DNA from: the human T2T-CHM13v2.0 reference genome, Homo sapiens
NCBI RefSeq assembly: GCF_009914755.1
Contig: NC_060938.1
Direction: 5' to 3' (one strand)
Length of the DNA: 64,000 nt
Shown here piece after piece: positions 51,717-64,000 of the stretch; within the stretch, counting starts at the first letter, position 1; the number at the start of each line of letters is the position of its first letter. The notes under the pieces are model-generated. The model did no database searches. It saw only the letters and a program-made list of their open reading frames with translations, and was not told the DNA's origin. A program made the position numbers and the translations under genes.

Positions 51717-53673
51717 GAGATGGGGATTTCACTATGTTGCCTAGGCAGGTCTCAGACTCATGGCCTCAACTGATCCTCCTGACTCAGCCTCCCAAGTTGT
51801 TGGGATTACAGGCATGAGCCACTATGCCTGGCTCCTCTTCTGTTAATGGGGCTCAGGGCAGGGATCACCCAGTTGATGAATGGGAGAGCTGAGGGCGGGG
51901 TCCAGGGCTCCACCATCTCTCTTCTCTTTCCTCCCAGGGCTCTTCCTGCCTTTCCTCCCTGCTCTTCAATCATCCCTTCCTGGCCTTGCCTGCTGCATGC
52001 CAACCCCATTCTATCTGCTGTCTGAGTTCGCTGCAATTACAGTGTCCCAAGGTAGCCTGAGGCAAAGTCTGATTCCCCATAAATAGCCCATCACTGATGT
52101 GTGTGTCTCTGCAAAGCTGGCCTGCCCATTTCTTCTGTCTTACACACCCCTAAGGAAGGCGGGTCAGGTGGTGGAAGACATGGGATTTGGTGGCAGAGCA
52201 AAAACCTCAAAAACTGCTTGCCCTTATTTTCCCCATGAACTTGACTCAATAACCTATACCAAAGTTGTAGTTTCCTAATCCATAAAATAGGGATTACACC
52301 ACATTTCATCCATTCCAGGAAGCGCATATGCCCATATTACAGCACCTCTGAAACTGGGAAAGTGTTACAATTGTTTGCACATCAAAGTTTCATTAGAGGT
52401 TCTCACTCCCTTTTCTTAGTGGTATATAAAATAATGGTGCGTCGTAGAGTTGATGAGAAATGGTAATGTATTTACCCCTTAGGGTTATTATGTGGGCTTG
52501 AAATCACAAGAGTGTGACAAAAGAAGAATTCATCTGATATTTCAGTCCTCTCCAGTCTCACCAGGAGAGTGTGTCCTGGTAGTCAGAGAAAGGCCTGTGA
52601 CTTACTTGAATTCAGAGATTTTTGTTTTGTTTTGTTTTTAATAGAGATGGGGTCTCGCTGTGTTGCCCAGGCTGGTTTTGAACTCCTGGCCTCAAGCAAT
52701 TCTTTCACCTTGGCCTCCCTAAGTGCTGAGATTACAGCCTGAAGTCAGTTTTAAGTAGTGGAACTAACATGAAGACCCTAACTCAACAGGAACTCTTATC
52801 TACCCTTCTAGGCCCCTAAGCTGTTATGCAAGACTTGGGGGTCTCTGAGCCGGTGGGATCATCCTGCAGGAAGCCTGGCACCCCTGATCTTGAGGGGATG
52901 CACTTCTGGTGGTGGGGTATGGATCCTGGCTGGGGACTGGGCCTGTGTGTGCTGCAGGGAAGCGAAGTCTTCTGCCTTGCCTCTGCTGGTGCCTGGGGAG
53001 GAAGCTCTGGGTCCCAGACTGCCCCTGTGGCCAGCAGACTTATGAGGGTGGCACCAGGCAGAGTTGGTGCAGGACAGTGGGGAACCCCAGGGTTTCTAAC
53101 TGGAGAAGCCAGGGGGCCCGAAGCTCAGAACTTCTCTGGCCCCATTTGGTGTGGAGGACTCTGACTCTTGAGAGAATGATGGAGGTGGGGGCACAGGTAA
53201 ACAGTGCCCTCCTCAGTAATATCATAGCCAGGGGATACTCTGGGCTCAGTGCCATTCTGACTACCATGAAGCAGTACTGGGAGTGTTAGCCCATGAGCTC
53301 CGAAGCAAGACTACAAGACTAGCCTTAGATGTTTCTGTGCCTCAGTTCATCATCTGTAAATTGGGGTTATAATATTACCTACTTTATATTATTGCAAGGA
53401 TTAAATGAGCTTATAGTTGTAAAACACAAAGAACAATGTCTTCTGGAAAAATAAGTGCTCAATAAATGCAAATTATTTATATTATTAAAAGTTTGAATAA
53501 TTCTGATTGTGTTGATTTCATGTGGATTCTGTAATTTACCTTTGGAGGTAAGTTGAGTTACATCCTTTGCATGTCCTTGGGAGGAAAGTCTGTTGCTTGT
53601 TAGCGGTCAGTCCTGTACATCATCCTCATCTCCTCTTTTATGCATTTGTTAATTCATTCATCATTTATTCATT

Positions 53674-54088
53674 TATATTAGTCCACTCTCACATTGCTAT
53701 AAAGAACTACCTGAGACTGGGTAATTTATAAAGAAAAGAGGTTTAATTGGCTCACGGTTCTGCAAGCTGTACAGGAAGCAAAGTGGCTTCTGCTTCTGGG
53801 GAGGCCTCAGGAAACTTACAATCATGGCAGAAGGCTAAGGGGAACAAGGCACGTCTTACATGGCTGGAGCAGGAGTGAGAGAGAGAGAGGAGGGAGGTGC
53901 CACACACTTTAAAACAACCAGATCTCATGAGAACTCACTATCGCGACAACAGCACCCGAAGGGAGATGTGTTAAACTACGAGAAACTGCCCTCATGAGCC
54001 AATCACCTCCCACTAGGCCCCGCCTCCAGCATCGGGGATTACATTTCAACATGAGATTTGGGTGGTGACACAGATCCAAACCATATCA
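53674..54088 (-). mobile_element. MST (MSTA-like) MaLR solo LTR
   Basis: TATATTAGTCC...GAGACTGGGTAATTTATAAAGAAAAGAGGTTTAATTGG...CAGATCCAAACCATATCA. Confidence 0.9.
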
Positions 54089-54696
54089 TTGTTCAACTGT
54101 GAATTCTGTCTCTTCGCAGGTGACAATTTGGTCTCTTTTTTTGTTGTTACTGCCTTGAAACCTGGTAGGAATTCCAAATGGATCCTTTCTTCTCAATCCT
54201 TTCCCTTCCCATTTGAATCATGCTGTCTCAGAGCATGCAATCTAGGCAGCTGAACAGGTCACTGGCCCAGCACTCTCATTATACAAGTGAGGAATGAGAC
54301 CCAGAAAGGGAAGGTGGATTGCCCAGGTCTCCTGGTGAGTGGCAGGGCAGGGACCCAGCCAGGTCTCCTCATTTCCGGATGACACCAGCCATCGTCTGCA
54401 GAACTGGTGCATGCTGGCTGTAACCCTGCTGGTGAGAGGTCCTGGAGGAGGGCCAGGTGGGGAACAGGGCAGTGCTGGCCTTAAAGGTATTGCGTCCTTA
54501 GGTGAGGGTATCCCCTCAGCTGGCTTCTCTACCTCATGACTGACTCTTCCTCCTGTCAACCATTTGTAAACATTTAGAGCAGCAAGTGCCATTCTCAGCT
54601 AAAGGGAGCACCAGTCCTTTGCAGATGGGAGCTGCTGGGCCTCTGGTTGGAAGGTTGCCCTAATCCTGCTCTCTCCCACTCTAATTCCCTGCAAAT

Positions 54697-54748
54697 CTTC
54701 CCAGGCTGGCCTTAGCCTACTTCCCTGGCTGGCCTTAGCCTACTTCCC
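54697..54748. repeat. 23-bp tandem duplication (CTTCCCWGGCTGGCCTTAGCCTA)x2.3
   Basis: Read directly from the sequence. Confidence 0.9.
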
Positions 54749-56099
54749 CGGGCCTGTAAGGCATATGAGGTAAGCCATTCAGCTTAACACTGGTGTGGAG
54801 ACACTCAGAACTCACAACATGTTGCTGGCACAAACCACCCAGAAGGGCGAGTGCTGGCACTCCCGTTTCACAGACCAGGAACTGAGGCTGTGCTCGGCTA
54901 AGTCGCTGCCCTGGGCCATGCAGTTCTGAGATTTGGATTCTGACACTGCACTACGAAGCTCTGACTGTGGCAAAAAATCTCTCGCTGTGAGGTGTTAATT
55001 ATCAGTGAGGCCTGCTTCTGCTCCTGAAGCCTGACTGCCTTCCTGGGGATGTGCTGGCCGTGGAGCTGGCCTCCCTGCAGCCCCTGAGGGGAATGTCTGC
55101 TTATTTTTCCTGAAATGACAGGTGCAGCATGCCTGCTCATCACCATTGTAAAGGCTCACTTGGGAACATGCGCCATGGAGCCCACTTTAGCCTGGCTCCT
55201 GTGCACGCTTGCGCTGGCCAGCCTGTGGGTGGGTGGCTTCTACATGCTGGCTGGACCACCTGCAGCAGAAGAGCTGACTCAGGTTTGTCAGAGGCTTCAA
55301 GAGCTGTTCACTCATTCAACAAACACTGATCTAGCACCCACTATGTGCCAGGCACTGTTGTGAGAGGGTCAGGAATGTTAGTTCTCATAAAAACTCTAGG
55401 AAATTGGTTCTGTGATTATCCCCACTTCCTCTGTTTATGGGTGGGGAAACTGAGGCACAGAGAAATGAAGTTACTTCCCAAGGCCACACGGTTGGCAGAT
55501 TGGCAGAGCTGGGATTTCACCCACAGTATCTGACTCCAGAGCCCTCATGCTTGGAACCGCCACACTGTGCAGTCACTGTTGAAAGTCTGCTCCCACGCAG
55601 CCCTTAGAGATGGCTGGGATAGAAATGGCCAATCCCCCAAAATATATACTGACCAGAAAATCAATACCCGAAGTACAAGGGAGAAAGGCAACAGTGCCCA
55701 AAGCAAAGCACAGCTAAAGCTTCTGGGACTTCGGAGCAAGGGAGACACATTTAATTAGCTAATTCAATATATATGTGTGTAAGTATATATATATTGCTTG
55801 TTTTTTTAGTAGTTGTTGTTTTTTTGAGACAGAGTCTTACTCTGTCACCCAGGCTGGAGTGCAATGGCACAATCTTAGCTCACTTCAACCTCTGCCTCCT
55901 CTCCTGCCTCAGCCTCCCGCGTAGCTGGGATTACAGGTGCCCGCCACCATATATGGCTAATTTTTTGTATTTTTAGTAGATATGGGGTTTCACCATGTTT
56001 GCCAGGCTAGTCTTAAACTCCTGACCTCAAGTGATCTGCCTGCCTCGGCCTCCCAAAGTGCTGGGATTACAGGTGTGAGCCACTGTGCCTGGCCATATA

Positions 56100-56725
56100 T
56101 TGCTTGTTTAGCTTTATTTGTTCACTTCTCTATTGTCTGTGGCCCCACACTCAAATGTAAGCTCCATAAGAGCGGGAACTTTGTCTTGTCACCTCTGTAT
56201 CCTCAGCACTTGCAATAGTGCCTGGCAGGTAGTAGGTGCTCAATACATACATATTGTTTGATAAATGTGGCAAGTTAAAGATAGCCATAAATTCTTTGCT
56301 AATTCTCTCATTTGAAACATGGGTCTAATTCTCCTCCCTTTGAATTCAGGCTTGCCTTAATGACTTGCATCACCAATAGAACATGGCAGAAGTGATGTTC
56401 TGGGACTTCTGAAGCCAAGTCGCAAGAAGCATTGCAGGTTCCATTGGGGTTTCTTAAAATTCTTATTCCAGGAATGCTCCCTCTTAGAACCTGGCCTTCT
56501 TGCTTTGAACAGTCTGAGGCACATGAAGAGGCCACATGTAGGCACGTCAGTCAACAGCTACAGCAGAGGTCCCAGGTGACAGCATCAACTGCTAGTCACA
56601 ATAGTGAGCCAATTTGGACATCCAGCCCAGAAGAGAATTCAGATGACCACAGCTCCAGCCAACATTTGATTACAACTACATGAGAAACTCCATATGGGAA
56701 CCACCCAGCTGAGCCCAGTCAATCC
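56100..56725 (+). mobile_element. L2 3' end (~56100-56265) followed by an MLT1-like LTR (~56266-56725)
   Basis: AATGTAAGCTCCATAAGAGCGGGAAC...GTGCCTGGCAGGTAGTAGGTGCTCAATA; TGTGGCAAGTTAAAGATAGCC...CCCTTTGAATTCAGGCTTGCCTTAATGACTTGC. Confidence 0.7.
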
Positions 56726-57287
56726 AAAGGACCATGAAACAGGCAAGTGGGGTTCTGATGTGGGATGGGAGGGGAGGCGGCAACACACCGAGGATAAAAC
56801 AGCATGTATATCCTGGGCTCATTTAAGTAAGATCATATATGTATGTGTGAGCATGTATGAAGAGGGGCTTGGAAGATAGATGGTCACCAAATTGTTAATG
56901 GCGGTTATCTCAGGATGGTGACATCCAGGTGACCTTCGCTCTCTTTATATCTTAATGAACTGTTCAGTTTCTTTACAATGGGTATATATTATTTACATAA
57001 TTACATATAATCAGTAAAGTGACTGAGGGTGGAGTGGGAGAAAAATAATAAATTGAAGTCAAGCTATTTATACAACACAATGGATACGTTTGAAGATTGT
57101 TATGGTGACTATGTTTGGGCGGTAAAATTAAGAGGACTTAAAATTTTCATCATTAGGCTTCTGTTCAGATCAGGTGAGGTTAAGGAACTTACCCAACATT
57201 GCAAGGCTGGTATATCAGTCAGGGTTTCTACTTGAAACAGACACCATCTCTGGCTGCTTTAAGCATAAAAGAAATGTACTAAAAGGT

Positions 57288-61235
<3,948 letters not shown>

Positions 61236-61474
61236 AAAGAAAGGTTGTTGGGTGGGCCAGAGAAGCCACAAAGGCCATGAAAATGCCTGAATCACAGTGC
61301 ACACAGGCTCAGCCAGCATCATTGAGTGTTCAGCCAGGAAAGCAGAAAACACCCCAGGTTTTCAAGCAGAGACAGTCAACACACAGGCTGAATTCAAGGA
61401 ATACATGGGGCCTGGGTCATGTTCCCGTGCCTTAGAAGTGAGGGAGGCAGGGACTGGAAGAATCTGGCATTTTC

Positions 61475-63084
<1,610 letters not shown>

Positions 63085-63726
63085 TATGTCCTTTTTTGGC
63101 TTAGGAGCAGACAAGTCCCCTAATAACAGAAGGAGGAGCAGGAGAGGCACCTCCTCCCTGCACCCACATGCCTGAGGCTGGAGCTTTGAGTCTAATCAGT
63201 ATCCAGAAGGAACAGGAAGGAGGAGACGAAGGGCAGGGTGGTATGAGGAGGAAGAGAAGAGGCCAAATTGAGGTTTTGAAATAAAAGGGCTTTCCTCCCC
63301 TCTGTCCTCCTTAGCCTGTTCCCAGAGAAGCTCTGGCTTAACGCCGGCCAGGCTTCTCCCCCTTCCTCAGGTCTCAGCCTCTGTTGACCCCCGACGCTGC
63401 TTAGCGATCTGTCTGCTTCCTCCCTCCAGCGATACCTGGATTTCTTTCTGCCTAATTCTTTCTATCCCTCAGCGCATCCTCTCAATACTCAAACAGTCCT
63501 GGGCCTCATTCTCCAAACGCCCACACACCTACAAAACAACACCTGCAGCCTCCCTTTTCAAACAGAATAACACAGCTGTGAGAAAGGTGCGGACTCCCTA
63601 ATTCAAAATCAACAGAGCCTGAGCGTGCCTCGGGAAAAGGGAACCCAAGAAGAGCAGAGAGGAGAGGGAAGAAAGATGCAGGGAAGCGCTTGGATGTACC
63701 ATCACCTCAGCCCTTCTTCCTCTCCC

Positions 63727-63738
63727 CCAGCAGAGGGC
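63727..63738 (+). promoter_or_regulatory. Candidate CTCF core motif CCAGCAGAGGGC
   Basis: Matches the CCASYAGRKGGC core; flanks are not optimal; motif only. Confidence 0.3.
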
Positions 63739-64000
63739 TGACATGGCCAAATACATGACATTACCATCCTCCTTTGCAACAAAAATAGGCGCATATGCTC
63801 TAATCTTGGCCAATGGGACCCATAGGAGGAGGGGTTTCTTGGTGTCCTCTGGGTAAGGTTTTCTTCCCTAATTCAAGGAGATGCCTGGGTGGAAATGCTC
63901 TTCCTCTCCAGCCAAATACTGTCATATCCATACATGATGTTGGAACCATCGTCTTGGGACCACAAGGACAAGCTTAGGACCAAGCCATTATGCTGAGGAA

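Overview
Primate (human-like) genomic DNA, not a prokaryotic accessory region. Bases 1-25,590 carry the last ten coding exons of CPSF2 (CPSF100, the catalytically degenerate MBL/beta-CASP subunit of the cleavage and polyadenylation factor) on the + strand. I joined them by hand through GT-AG junctions into one open frame of 1,804 nt (I182 to the TAA stop at 25,588-25,590); exon numbers 7-16 and residue numbers are recalled from the human gene model. A long 3' UTR follows, with at least three candidate poly(A) signals: AATAAA 25,884, an ATTAAA supplied by a THE1 LTR at 28,025, and AATAAA 35,970. The rest is intergenic DNA rich in Alu, L1, L2/MIR, MaLR LTRs, one truncated SVA and a CR1/L3 fossil. 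Nearly all other ORFs in the track are Alu, SVA, L1 or simple-repeat artefacts. I see no new protein-coding system. The best leads are RNA-level and are hypotheses: (i) poly(A)-site choice that would decide whether CPSF2 mRNA contains inverted Alus, (ii) an in-frame cryptic acceptor that would insert DLLFR into the PSF-interaction motif, (iii) a 5' splice site regenerated at the exon 13/14 junction, (iv) a 46-bp minisatellite with palindromic GATA motifs and (v) a local duplication ending in a fold-back junction. Repeat boundaries without a quoted TSD are approximate.
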